From NCBI GenBank assembly GCA_964389375.1, contig CAYMDP010000005.1, positions 765-64,764 of the forward strand: 64,000 nucleotides of DNA. Direction: 5' to 3'. Position numbers and translations under genes: made by a program. The stretch is from an uncultured Pseudobdellovibrionaceae bacterium (lineage in GTDB: Bacteria > Bdellovibrionota > Bdellovibrionia > Bdellovibrionales > UBA1609). The notes below the pieces were generated by a model. That model was given only the letters and a program-made list of their open reading frames with translations, was not told the DNA's origin and did not search any database. Positions 8,787 through 17,691 of the stretch are shown one piece after another; position 1 is the stretch's first letter, and each line of letters begins with the position of its first letter.

Positions 8787-9697
8787 TAAACATCCCCTCC
8801 GTAAAAGAACTGAAGTATCACTGGTGCGAAGACCATAATAAAAACGGCTGGAAGGATTAAGAAAAACATGGGCAGCATCATCAACTGTGAAGCTTTTGCG
8901 CCCGCTTTTTCTGCGCGAACAAAGCGCTCAAGCCTCATTTGCTCGGATTGATCTTTGAGGACTTTCGAAATGCTTGCTCCGGTTTCATCCGCGTCGCGGA
9001 CGACCGCGACAAAAGAGGTGATCTCGGACATATCAAGACGGTCGGCCAGCGCGGCAAGGGCATCTTTGCGCGATCGGCCAAGTTTGATGTCTTTCAGGAC
9101 AATTGCAAATTCGTCAGCCAGAACACTGTTTTCAGCTTTTTCTGTGATCCGTTGAAGGGCTCCGATAAAATCAAGACCTGCTTCTGTAGATAGGGCCATC
9201 AGGTCAATAAAGAAGGGAAGGTCCACCACCACCGAATTGTAGCGAGAGGATTTTTGTTGCTGGCAGTACAGGTGGGGAAAATAAAAGCCAAATAGCCCAA
9301 ATAAAAAACAAAACAAATAGGGATATCCCAGCTGAAGGGCAAAATTCAAAATCAACAAGGCGATAGGAAACATCACGCCCCAAAGAATTTGCAAACCGAT
9401 AAACTCGTCCACGTTGATTTCTTGAGAAAGACCTGCGGTCAAAATTTTCTTTTGTACATTTTCACGATAGTCATGATTGCGGATCCGCAGAGCATGCTGA
9501 AGAGTGAAGTTGTGCACCAGGGGTCTTGAAAAGTTGATTAAGCCGGATTTCGACTTCTGTGGTTCGTCTCCAGAAGCCCAGGCCAAGGCATCGGCGTCAG
9601 CATTATTTGAAAAGATGGCAGTGACAAACAGGTAAACACTCAAGGCGGCAAAGCCAAGCCCAGCTAAAAGCAAAATGATTAAATCAAAACTTAACAT
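8786..9697 (-). CDS. Type II secretion system F-domain protein (TadC/TadB-like pilus platform protein)
   Basis: N-terminal TM helix, central TM pair, then LPFFIDLMALSTEAGLDFIGALQRI...ETGASISKVLKDQSEQMR and a terminal TM helix. This is the T2SSF domain architecture of Tad platform proteins. Confidence 0.75.
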   Translation of the reverse strand: MLSFDLIILLLAGLGFAALSVYLFVTAIFSNNADADALAWASGDEPQKSKSGLINFSRPLVHNFTLQHALRIRNHDYRENVQKKILTAGLSQEINVDEFIGLQILWGVMFPIALLILNFALQLGYPYLFCFLFGLFGFYFPHLYCQQQKSSRYNSVVVDLPFFIDLMALSTEAGLDFIGALQRITEKAENSVLADEFAIVLKDIKLGRSRKDALAALADRLDMSEITSFVAVVRDADETGASISKVLKDQSEQMRLERFVRAEKAGAKASQLMMLPMFFLILPAVFIMVFAPVILQFFYGGDV

Positions 9698-9725
9698 CTT
9701 CGCCCTTTTCGTGCAGTAAAGGGGG

Positions 9726-10340
9726 ATGTACCAGTTGATCTTGGCCTCTCAATCTCCACGGCGTCGCGAGCTTCTCGAGAAAGCGGGTTATCAATTTGGT
9801 ACTTACCCAGTTAAACTATCGGAAATAATTGATAAAAACCTGAATCTGGAAGAGGCCTTAAAGAAGCTCAGTCGGGATAAGGTGTTGGCCTGCCTGGATC
9901 AGAATAAGCAATTGAAATCTAAGGGCTTTTTGGTATTAGGGGCGGATACAGAGGTGGCTCTAGAGGGGGAGTTTCTTGGAAAACCCAAAAATCTGGACCA
10001 AGCGAGAGAGTTTTTGAATAGGCTGTCAGATAAATCGCATAGCGTCATGACAGCCATTGCACTTTTGGACGTTGGCGCTAACCGCTGGGTCCAGGACCTC
10101 GTCCGGACAGAGGTCCAGTTTAAAAAGCTCAGCGCTGCTGAAATTGAAAGGTATGTTCAAAGTGGGGAACCGATGGACAAGGCCGGGGGCTATGCTATTC
10201 AAGGTCTGGGAAAAAACCTGGTCGAGGGTTTCAAGGGCTCGTGGACCAATGTTGTTGGCCTACCCATGGAGCGGTTCGAAGAACTGATGAGTGAAAATGA
10301 CTGGAAACGACATTGCAAGCCGGCTCAGCAAAATTCGTAG
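9726..10340 (+). CDS. maf: Maf-family nucleoside-triphosphate pyrophosphatase
   Basis: LILASQSPRRRELL at the N-terminus and AGGYAIQG near the C-terminus. Confidence 0.85.
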   Translation: MYQLILASQSPRRRELLEKAGYQFGTYPVKLSEIIDKNLNLEEALKKLSRDKVLACLDQNKQLKSKGFLVLGADTEVALEGEFLGKPKNLDQAREFLNRLSDKSHSVMTAIALLDVGANRWVQDLVRTEVQFKKLSAAEIERYVQSGEPMDKAGGYAIQGLGKNLVEGFKGSWTNVVGLPMERFEELMSENDWKRHCKPAQQNS

Positions 10341-11001
10341 GCGCATTGAATCCGCAGCTTTGCGGACCAACAGGGATCCGCACGAAATTCAATTGATCGC
10401 AGTTTCAAAAGGTCAGCCTGCAGAAAAAATTCGCAAGGCTTTTGACCTAGGTCTTCGCCACTTCGGAGAAAATTATGTTCAAGAGGCTACTGCGAAGCAG
10501 ATTGAACTTCGGGATCTAAATATTCAGTGGCATTTTATCGGTGGCCTGCAAAGTAATAAAGCAAAGCAAGTCGTCGGAGCTTTTGAGTGGATTCACTCGG
10601 TGGACCGTGCCTCCTTGTTGGAGCGACTGAATGGAATTGCTCAAACTCAAAATACGAAACAAAAAATTCTGATTGAAGTTCTGCTTGCCGATGAAAGCTC
10701 AAAGTCCGGGGCAAAGCTTGATGAGGCCGAGAGTTTAATTCGGAATCTTCACAAGATGGATCACCTCATTCCCTGCGGACTGATGGTGATGCCTCCGGCC
10801 CTAAAAAATCCCGAAGAGGTCAGGCCTTATTTTAATCAGGCAAAGTCGCTTCTTAGTCAGTGGAGATCCCTTTTGCCAATGAGTCTGCAAGAGGGATTTA
10901 AGGAGCTTTCAATGGGCACAAGTCATGATTTTGAAATTGCAATTGAAGAAGGATCTAGCTTCGTTCGCATAGGGACGGCATTAATGGGAGAGAGGGTTTA
11001 G
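10297..11001 (+). CDS. yggS: YggS-family pyridoxal-phosphate homeostasis protein
   Basis: IQLIAVSKGQP, HFGENYVQEA, WHFIGGLQSNK. I prefer the ATG at 10297; the ORF track starts at the GTG at 10291. Confidence 0.85.
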   Translation: MTGNDIASRLSKIRRRIESAALRTNRDPHEIQLIAVSKGQPAEKIRKAFDLGLRHFGENYVQEATAKQIELRDLNIQWHFIGGLQSNKAKQVVGAFEWIHSVDRASLLERLNGIAQTQNTKQKILIEVLLADESSKSGAKLDEAESLIRNLHKMDHLIPCGLMVMPPALKNPEEVRPYFNQAKSLLSQWRSLLPMSLQEGFKELSMGTSHDFEIAIEEGSSFVRIGTALMGERV

Positions 11002-11002
11002 C

Positions 11003-11830
11003 GTGGCATATCTTGTACAAAAAAATATAGGATTTATCGGAACCGGAAATATGGCCCAAGCGATCATGAGGACTTGGGTGGATTCTAAAGTAATTAAACC
11101 GGATCAAATTTTTGCCTGCAATCGAACCCCAGGAAAGCTAAAGAAAGTTGTCGATCAGTTTGGCATTCGTGGTGTGCAAAATGCCGAAGAACTTATTGAG
11201 TCTTGTGAAGTTATAATCTTAGCGATGAAACCCCAAGATCTGCACCTTGCGATTGAGTCGATTTCTTCAAGCTTTCAGTCTCACCAAATCGTGATCAGTC
11301 TTGCGGCGGGAATCAGTTTATCCCAGCTAAAAAAACTTCTTCCGGATGTGGGTTCACTGGCCCGAGTAATGCCAAATACCGCGTCTCAAATCGGGCAGTC
11401 GGTGGTCGGTTATTGCACCAACCAGAGAGAAAAAGATGTGGACTCCTTGATCGAGGAACTTTTGTCTCCACTAGGATTAGTCGTTCGTGCCGAAGAAGGT
11501 GAAGAGTTCGAAGCATTAACAGTCGCGTGTAGCAGCGGTATAGGCTTTGTTTTAGAGTTGATGCTTTATTGGCAAGAGTGGCTTGAGGAGCATGGCTTCG
11601 AAGCCAAAATCGCAAAAGCGATGACAGTAAAAACATTTTTAGGAGCCTCACAACTCGCGGAACATTCAAAGGATATTTCTTTAGAAGAGCTTCAGGCGAA
11701 AGTGGTTTCTAAAAAAGGAGTGACGGGCGCGGGCCTCGATTCAATGAGAGAACTAGAGCTTGAGCGCGCCCTTCGTTACAGTTTCGAAAAAGCGGTTTTA
11801 CGCGACCGAGAACTAGGCAAGCAGTCTTAA
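11003..11830 (+). CDS. proC: Pyrroline-5-carboxylate reductase
   Basis: IGFIGTGNMAQAI Rossmann motif and full-length ProC-like sequence. The start is GTG. Confidence 0.85.
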   Translation: MAYLVQKNIGFIGTGNMAQAIMRTWVDSKVIKPDQIFACNRTPGKLKKVVDQFGIRGVQNAEELIESCEVIILAMKPQDLHLAIESISSSFQSHQIVISLAAGISLSQLKKLLPDVGSLARVMPNTASQIGQSVVGYCTNQREKDVDSLIEELLSPLGLVVRAEEGEEFEALTVACSSGIGFVLELMLYWQEWLEEHGFEAKIAKAMTVKTFLGASQLAEHSKDISLEELQAKVVSKKGVTGAGLDSMRELELERALRYSFEKAVLRDRELGKQS

Positions 11831-11850
11831 GGTTCCAAATACCCAGATGG

Positions 11851-12020
11851 CTTTTGCCCGAGAAATCTTTTTCATTTTAATAAGTGTCCGCCGAAGACTA
11901 GTTCCGCAGGGCGGCCCAAAATTAGACCTGGTTATCAAACTAAATTCGAAGGGCCGACCGAGGATGTTCGACGGCTGAGGCGGAGCACTTATTAAAATGA
12001 AAAAGATTTCTCGGGCAAAG
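11851..12020. repeat. Palindromic intergenic element, copy A (core in reverse orientation)
   Basis: 33-34 bp self-complementary arms (ttgcccgagaaatctttttcattttaataagtg). They flank the shared core aagtgtccgccgaagactagttccgcagg ... ccgaggatgttcgacggctgaggcggagcactt. Confidence 0.9.
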
Positions 12021-12095
12021 AGCTGGACTTAAGTCCCATTGCATCTCTTTGAGAGCTAACATTCCTGATAAATTGAGGAGCGTCGGGAAGACTTC

Positions 12096-12124
12096 TTGAT
12101 TCGGCGCGGAATCTTTTCTATTCT
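12096..12124 (+). promoter_or_regulatory. Candidate sigma70-type promoter for divIVA
   Basis: TTGATT (12096-12101), a 17-nt spacer, then TATTCT (12119-12124). It lies about 22 nt upstream of the divIVA ATG, with an AAGGGGG Shine-Dalgarno in between. Confidence 0.35.
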
Positions 12125-12146
12125 AGAGATGGGTTAAGGGGGAAAT

Positions 12147-12719
12147 ATGAAGATCGCTCCAATAGATATCGCTCATAAGACATTCGGCCGGAAAATGATG
12201 GGACTGGATCCCGATGAAGTGACGGATTTTTTACGCGCCATTGCTGACGAGATGGAAAGTTTAGTGCGCGAGCGTAACAATCTTCGTGAAGCAATCCGAG
12301 ACCGCGACTTAACTTTGGCTGAATACAAAGAGCGTGATGAGTTACTAAAAAGCACAATCACTACAGCGACTAAGATGGCCGATAAACTTCAGCATGATGC
12401 GGATCGTGAAGCCCGCTTGATCTTGAACGATGCAAATCAAAAGGCCGATCTGATTGTCCGTGATGCTCGTGATAGTTTGAAAAAGATCTATCAAGAAATT
12501 ACTGATTTAAAGCGTCTTCGTATGCAGTTCGAAAACAATATGAAAGCGCTGGTTCAGTCTCATTTGACGATGTTAGAACAAGGTCAAAAGTATATGCCAA
12601 ACCCTTTGCTAGAGCCTCGAATCAACGCAGAGATGCAGGATAACAATTCCGAAGAGCAAATGATTAAGGCCCGCATGAGTGAGGCAGTTTCAAGAGCCAC
12701 TCGAGACAGCGAGTTCTAA
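12147..12719 (+). CDS. divIVA: DivIVA-domain cell-division/polarity protein
   Basis: MKIAPIDIAHKTFGRKMMGLDPDEVTDFL is the canonical DivIVA N-terminus, followed by coiled coil. Confidence 0.85.
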   Translation: MKIAPIDIAHKTFGRKMMGLDPDEVTDFLRAIADEMESLVRERNNLREAIRDRDLTLAEYKERDELLKSTITTATKMADKLQHDADREARLILNDANQKADLIVRDARDSLKKIYQEITDLKRLRMQFENNMKALVQSHLTMLEQGQKYMPNPLLEPRINAEMQDNNSEEQMIKARMSEAVSRATRDSEF

Positions 12720-12727
12720 TAAAAGCT

Positions 12728-12750
12728 GGAGCGACTGATCCAGTCGCTCC
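12728..12750. terminator. Hairpin between convergent genes (possible bidirectional terminator)
   Basis: ggagcgactg-atc-cagtcgctcc, a perfect 10-bp stem, starting 9 nt after the divIVA stop. No clear U-tract. Confidence 0.45.
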
Positions 12751-12761
12751 GCAACTTCAAT

Positions 12762-13136
12762 CTAGTTCGAAGAACACTCCACGATTTCCATTTGGCAGCC
12801 CCAGTTTTTTCTAACGGCATCAAAAGCAGCCTGTTTGGCCTCCGTTTCTGTGCGACCTTCGCCGCCTGCAGAAGTTGAGCTGTTGCTTTCACACTGAGCG
12901 ATACAGTAGAAGCGTTTTTCTACGGGACGGCCGCTTCGCTCGAGTTCACTCACTCTCCACATCAGCGCATTGATGTCTCTGGTCGTGAGCTCATTTTGTC
13001 GCTCAAGATTATCGACTTTTCTTTCGAGTTCCTGAACGCTGTGAAGAATTGGAGATTCTCTTCCTGGACCCGTTCTTTGGGCAAAGGCAGAAGTTGAGAA
13101 AACGGACATTAAAACAAAGGCGAGAACTAGACGCAT
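12762..13136 (-). CDS. Small secreted protein with a coiled coil and a Cys-containing C-terminus (hypothetical)
   Basis: Signal peptide MRLVLAFVLMSVFSTSAFA, with a GAGGGGG Shine-Dalgarno before the ATG at 13136. Four Cys residues lie in the last 50 aa. Confidence 0.55.
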   Translation of the reverse strand: MRLVLAFVLMSVFSTSAFAQRTGPGRESPILHSVQELERKVDNLERQNELTTRDINALMWRVSELERSGRPVEKRFYCIAQCESNSSTSAGGEGRTETEAKQAAFDAVRKNWGCQMEIVECSSN

Positions 13137-13313
13137 AAAGACCCCCTCTTTATATTGCATTTAAAATCTGCTTTGACGTGCTAGCCAAGATAGGGGTTTG
13201 ATTCAAGAAAAACTTCTTTATTGAAATAGAAACTGAGGACAATTTGGCCTTGGGTCCATCGGATTCGAATAGAGGATATTCTCCATTCGATCAGATGGAC
13301 TGTAGGGCCTAAT

Positions 13314-14816
13314 TTAGTTCGCTCCGCCTTTTTGTGTTGGCGCCGAGTCAGAGGGGAGAACCCTTGCTGATCCGTGGTTTAAGTCACAAAGCAGCTTTGC
13401 TAGGGGGTAAGTGTGTTGGATCGCCAAAAGGCTACGGCCAACGGCACAGCGCTGTTGCTGCGGAAGCGCTGAGGCCTGAAGGTCGGACTCGATCAGCTCT
13501 TTCATATTTCTGCAGCTGCTTAAGTAGGATCGGATCAAAGTTGCATTATCGATGGAAGAAGATCCTTCGATCTGGCTGTTCCACTGGGAAGTTAAAACTT
13601 CGGGTCGCCCGATCTCGAGACGATCATTTAGTTTAAAGGTCATTCTATTTTCAGGTTTGTTGCTACCGCGAATAAACTCGGATTCAACCGATAGATTTTT
13701 GCCTTCCTCTTTTATCCAATATTGAACCTTTTTATCGCCAACTTTAGCCTGTACTTCTCCGCTGCTACAGTTGGGAAGATCAAGTAAGTCGACCTCTGCC
13801 AAAAATCTTTTTTCTGCGGCCTCTTTGCTTTTCTGCAAAGTCGTGCAAAGAGCCGGGGAGGCAGGAGTCTTGCTGTCGATGGACTTATTTAAGATTGATA
13901 GAAGTTGCTCAGGGTCGAATTGAAGAGAGTCACAAGATCCGGATACGCCCGCGCCAAAACTCAAGTCATCTTTTAGAATTTCTAGATCCGCGGGGCTCAG
14001 TTGTGGGAAGCACTTTGCAAGCTTGTCCGAATTCAATTTTGAGGCCGCCGCTTGTCCTGCAGCCATTGCTCCAACCGCAAGAGCTCCGACTTTTGCGCCC
14101 TTCACGATTCGATTTTTTTGCGCTTTTTGTTTTAGTGTTTGTTCAATTTTTTTAACATCAGTTTGTCTTAGGCCCTCGCGAGATTCCCAAAGTGCGATGG
14201 CTCGATTAGATTCGCGAATCTGAGCCTCTAGAGCTTGAAGCTGTATTCTCTTCTTTGGTCCGTCCTTAATTTTACTTTTTTCCTGTTCAAGGCTGGTTTT
14301 GTGGGCCTCAAGCATCAAACGATGTTTTACCGTAAGCTCCACGGCGCTACGATATTGGGTCCATTCCCAGACTTGTGCGGCCGCCGGGGATTTTGCAAGA
14401 GTCGTCTTATTTTGAGTTTTGAAGCCAGCAATTTTATCCTGAAGAGTCGGGAGTTTTAATTTTTTTGAAAAAGGCCCTGAGCGCCGAACTTCGGCTATGT
14501 AGCTGCGAAACTCGGCAGCATGGGTTTTTAAAACGGCTTCGATACCTTTCACAAACTGTTGAGCGGCCGGGTCACTGGCCAAAGCTTTTGCAAAGCCAGG
14601 TCTATTTCCAAGACCAATCGATCCGATCCGCGATTTTTGGCTAGAGTAGGTTATTCCCAAAGCTCCAAGGGCACAGGCCGCTGCATTGGCGCCTTGAAAG
14701 CAATCGGCCTGGCTGATCAAATCGACGATTTCGTCACCGAGATCGCAATTTTGAGTCTCGGCTAAGGCGGGGCTTGCGAAAAAAAGAAGGGCAAGAAGTG
14801 AGAGAAGTTGCTTCAT
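13314..14816 (-). CDS. Secreted hypothetical protein
   Basis: Long ORF with signal peptide MKQLLSLLALLFFASPALA (ATG at 14816). No recognisable domain. Confidence 0.6.
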   Translation of the reverse strand: MKQLLSLLALLFFASPALAETQNCDLGDEIVDLISQADCFQGANAAACALGALGITYSSQKSRIGSIGLGNRPGFAKALASDPAAQQFVKGIEAVLKTHAAEFRSYIAEVRRSGPFSKKLKLPTLQDKIAGFKTQNKTTLAKSPAAAQVWEWTQYRSAVELTVKHRLMLEAHKTSLEQEKSKIKDGPKKRIQLQALEAQIRESNRAIALWESREGLRQTDVKKIEQTLKQKAQKNRIVKGAKVGALAVGAMAAGQAAASKLNSDKLAKCFPQLSPADLEILKDDLSFGAGVSGSCDSLQFDPEQLLSILNKSIDSKTPASPALCTTLQKSKEAAEKRFLAEVDLLDLPNCSSGEVQAKVGDKKVQYWIKEEGKNLSVESEFIRGSNKPENRMTFKLNDRLEIGRPEVLTSQWNSQIEGSSSIDNATLIRSYLSSCRNMKELIESDLQASALPQQQRCAVGRSLLAIQHTYPLAKLLCDLNHGSARVLPSDSAPTQKGGAN

Positions 14817-14913
14817 AAAAATCCTATCCAGAAAATGAGATAAAGAGCCAACCACTATTGTAGCTAAATATTCTCATCTCGTTCAGAAGAATTTGAGAGG
14901 TAGACCTTATAGT

Positions 14914-16053
14914 CTAGAAGTTTTCCAAAGCCTTCTGAGTATCGTCGAGCATCTTGTCCACATTCGGTGGTGGAGCCGCCTTGGGCTTTGGTTTAGCTTT
15001 CGGCCGTGGTCGGGCCTTTCGCCCGGTGCGCTTCTTTTGCGGAAGCGGATTGGATTGCTCAAAAAGTTCTTCATCATATTTTTGTTCAGCCGGCTGAAAT
15101 TGATCCCCTCTTCGTTCGCGAAATCTTGAAGGAGGAATATCGTCTTGAAAGCCAGAGGGTGACAACTCTTGAGGGGAAGAGCCGAAATACCAGGGAAGTT
15201 TTAAATTTACAAAGACACTTAAGCCGTGGGCTGTATTCTCTCCGTCTAAAGTTTGCTCTATCCCAAGGCGCAGATCGAAAGCCTGTCCTTTCCATCCAGT
15301 CCAAGCTCGCGCTGCCATCCAAGTTGGGTTTACTGAATAGTAACGAAGACTGCTGCCATTCACACGAGTTGTGACTGTCGTGCGAGGGCCAATATTCGCA
15401 GAATCTTTATCATCCGAAATTTTTTGTGCCCCATTGACCTCGGCTCCTCCGATCCAGCTGCTGTCGATGGCTTGAAGCCCTAAGCGCCACGGCAGAAGGC
15501 TGGCCCGGTCTTCATCTTGATAGCGATATCCGACAAATGCATAAGCCTGAAGAGCCCAAATATTGACTGTGCTCCAAAGGCCCGGCTGAAGAACCATCAC
15601 ACCTTCTCCGGTCAGACTGGCATCTGTCGCAGGATCAATTTTATTCAATGGAAATAAAAAGATAAACTCAGTAAATAAGCTAAAGTCTGAGTCGATCAAA
15701 GTGTATCTGGCCCCAGCGCCCAATTCGGTGATTTCGGAATTGCTGCGATCAAATTGAGAGTCAAAGCTTTGCGAATATCCAAATCCGACAGAGGTCATCA
15801 GCTCCCAGCTGCGGCTTGGGTGAAAAGACATAGACACATCGCCTCGTAAAACGCGGTAGTATCGTCCGCCACCAAGCTCTTGGTAGCTTCCTCCGCCGGC
15901 CAAATAGTTGGATTCGGTCATAAAATAATCCAGGCCAGTCTCGAAGATGACAGCCTGGTTTTTTGGAGAGGGAGCCCACTGCGTCGAGGAGAAGTCTGAT
16001 CCTTGGACCCAAGGGCTAATTAGGGCTAAACATGTAAAAGCAAGTTTTCGCAT
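14914..16053 (-). CDS. Putative outer-membrane beta-barrel protein with a basic Lys/Pro-rich C-terminal tail
   Basis: Signal peptide MRKLAFTCLALISPWVQG, then alternating hydrophobic beta-strand patterns ending in LKLPWYF. About 90 hydrophilic residues follow, including KKRTGRKARPRPKAKPKPKAAPPP. The start is uncertain (16053 or 16083). Confidence 0.5.
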   Translation of the reverse strand: MRKLAFTCLALISPWVQGSDFSSTQWAPSPKNQAVIFETGLDYFMTESNYLAGGGSYQELGGGRYYRVLRGDVSMSFHPSRSWELMTSVGFGYSQSFDSQFDRSNSEITELGAGARYTLIDSDFSLFTEFIFLFPLNKIDPATDASLTGEGVMVLQPGLWSTVNIWALQAYAFVGYRYQDEDRASLLPWRLGLQAIDSSWIGGAEVNGAQKISDDKDSANIGPRTTVTTRVNGSSLRYYSVNPTWMAARAWTGWKGQAFDLRLGIEQTLDGENTAHGLSVFVNLKLPWYFGSSPQELSPSGFQDDIPPSRFRERRGDQFQPAEQKYDEELFEQSNPLPQKKRTGRKARPRPKAKPKPKAAPPPNVDKMLDDTQKALENF

Positions 16054-16107
16054 ACCCCAATAGTGTAACGGATAGATCTTCAAGAGAGAAGTTTTGGTGA
16101 TAAAAAT

Positions 16108-17346
16108 ATGAAAACAAAGCCGCTTTTAGTCCTATTCGTAACTGTCTTTGTGGATTTAGTCGGGTTTGGAATTATCATCCCTTTAAATCCCTATCTAAGT
16201 CGAGAATTCGGAGCAAGTCCCCTCCAGGTCGGGCTATTGATGGCCATTTATTCTTTGATGCAATTTTTGTTTTCTCCCTTCTGGGGACAGCTGAGTGATT
16301 ATTTTGGACGACGCCCAATAATTTTGATGAGTCTTCTGGGTGCAAGTCTATCTCATCTGGGATTCGCTTTTGGAACCGACCTTTCGCATTTGTTTATCGC
16401 AAGAGCTTTTGCTGGCATCTGTGGTGCAAATATTTCTACCGCCATGGCGGCCATCGCCGACATCACAAAAGAAAAAGATCGAGCAAAGGGCATGGGCTTA
16501 ATTGGCGCGGCCTTTGGTCTTGGTTTTATGCTGGGGCCCTTTATTGGAGGAATCGTGGGCCACTGGGGCGAAATGCTTGGTGATGCTCCACCATTCGGTC
16601 CAAGCCTTGCGGCCGTTGCCGCAGCGGTGATCTGCTTTGCGAATTTTGTTTTTGCCTATACTTCATTGCCCGAAAGTTTGGCCTCTAAACTTTCCAAGCA
16701 GTCCTCGGTATCAGTTTGGGAGGCCTATAAAAATCGTCCTGCGCGATTAAAAAGAGTGTGGCAAGCTTTGTCTCGGCCAACCCTGGGATGTTTGATGGGA
16801 ATGTATTTTATGTCGAGCCTTGCAATGGCTCATATGGAAGCCTCCTTGTTTATGTTTGTACAAGATCGATTCACTTGGACCTTGGCTCAAGCCAGTATGG
16901 GTTTTGCTTATGTGGGATTAATCATGGTGCTGACTCAAGGGGTATTGATTCGAAGACTTCTGCCGGTATTTGGCGAAAGAAAGTTGCTCTTTATGGGGCT
17001 TGCTCTGTCTGCATTTAGTTTGGCCGGCATAGGTTTTTCCCACTCTATTCCGATCCTAGCTGTGATGGTGACTCTACTTGGATTGGGTTCGGGTTTGTCG
17101 TCTCCCTCGCTGATGGCAAGTGTGAGCTTGCTTTCTTCTGAAGCCGAGCAGGGCGGGCACCTTGGTGTCAATCAAAGTCTTGCGGCCTTGGGAAGAATCC
17201 TTGGACCCGCTGCCGGTGGATATTTTTATCAGCAGCTGGGTGTGTCTTCACCATTTTGGATTGCGGGCGGCCTGATGTTTATATCCATCTTAATGGGTCT
17301 AAGTATTTATTCACGAATCCCTGAAAAAGCGAGAATGACAAAATGA
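16108..17346 (+). CDS. MFS transporter (TetA/TCR-like)
   Basis: 12-TM pattern, with GQLSDYFGRRP (MFS motif A) after TM2. Confidence 0.85.
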   Translation: MKTKPLLVLFVTVFVDLVGFGIIIPLNPYLSREFGASPLQVGLLMAIYSLMQFLFSPFWGQLSDYFGRRPIILMSLLGASLSHLGFAFGTDLSHLFIARAFAGICGANISTAMAAIADITKEKDRAKGMGLIGAAFGLGFMLGPFIGGIVGHWGEMLGDAPPFGPSLAAVAAAVICFANFVFAYTSLPESLASKLSKQSSVSVWEAYKNRPARLKRVWQALSRPTLGCLMGMYFMSSLAMAHMEASLFMFVQDRFTWTLAQASMGFAYVGLIMVLTQGVLIRRLLPVFGERKLLFMGLALSAFSLAGIGFSHSIPILAVMVTLLGLGSGLSSPSLMASVSLLSSEAEQGGHLGVNQSLAALGRILGPAAGGYFYQQLGVSSPFWIAGGLMFISILMGLSIYSRIPEKARMTK

Positions 17347-17666
17347 GTTTAGATTACCTAGAGCTTGATACCTTTCAGTTTGAGTCCGTCGTCATGAGTT
17401 ACGCAAGCTTTCGCTTGTTTGTGTTTGAAGAGGACCTAGAAGTTCCTGAGACAAAAAGAATCTTCTTCGAAAGAGCAGAAAAAGTCGAACCCCGTGCGCT
17501 TACAAAAAAGCTTCAAGAAGAGGCTGTGGCTTTAGAGTTTCCAATTGTTTTGATTTGTTCGGATGGGCATATCTCGGCGCAAATTGCCGAGGACTTATCG
17601 AACTTAGGTTATAAAAATATCTGTATACTCTCGGGCGGTGCGCGCGCCTTCCGCGAAGAAAATTAA
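17343..17666 (+). CDS. Rhodanese-homology domain protein
   Basis: IVLICSDGHISAQIAEDLSNLGYKNICILSGG resembles the rhodanese active-site loop region. There is an ATGA overlap with the MFS gene. Confidence 0.5.
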   Translation: MSLDYLELDTFQFESVVMSYASFRLFVFEEDLEVPETKRIFFERAEKVEPRALTKKLQEEAVALEFPIVLICSDGHISAQIAEDLSNLGYKNICILSGGARAFREEN

Positions 17667-17691
17667 AATCCCAAGGCCTCTATCGCGGCCT

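Noticed and set aside
13255-13300. The ggattcgaat segment, reminiscent of a tRNA T-arm, in the 13161-13313 intergenic region.
   Set aside because: No acceptor stem, D-arm or anticodon arm can be built around it. The local inverted repeats are short and imperfect.
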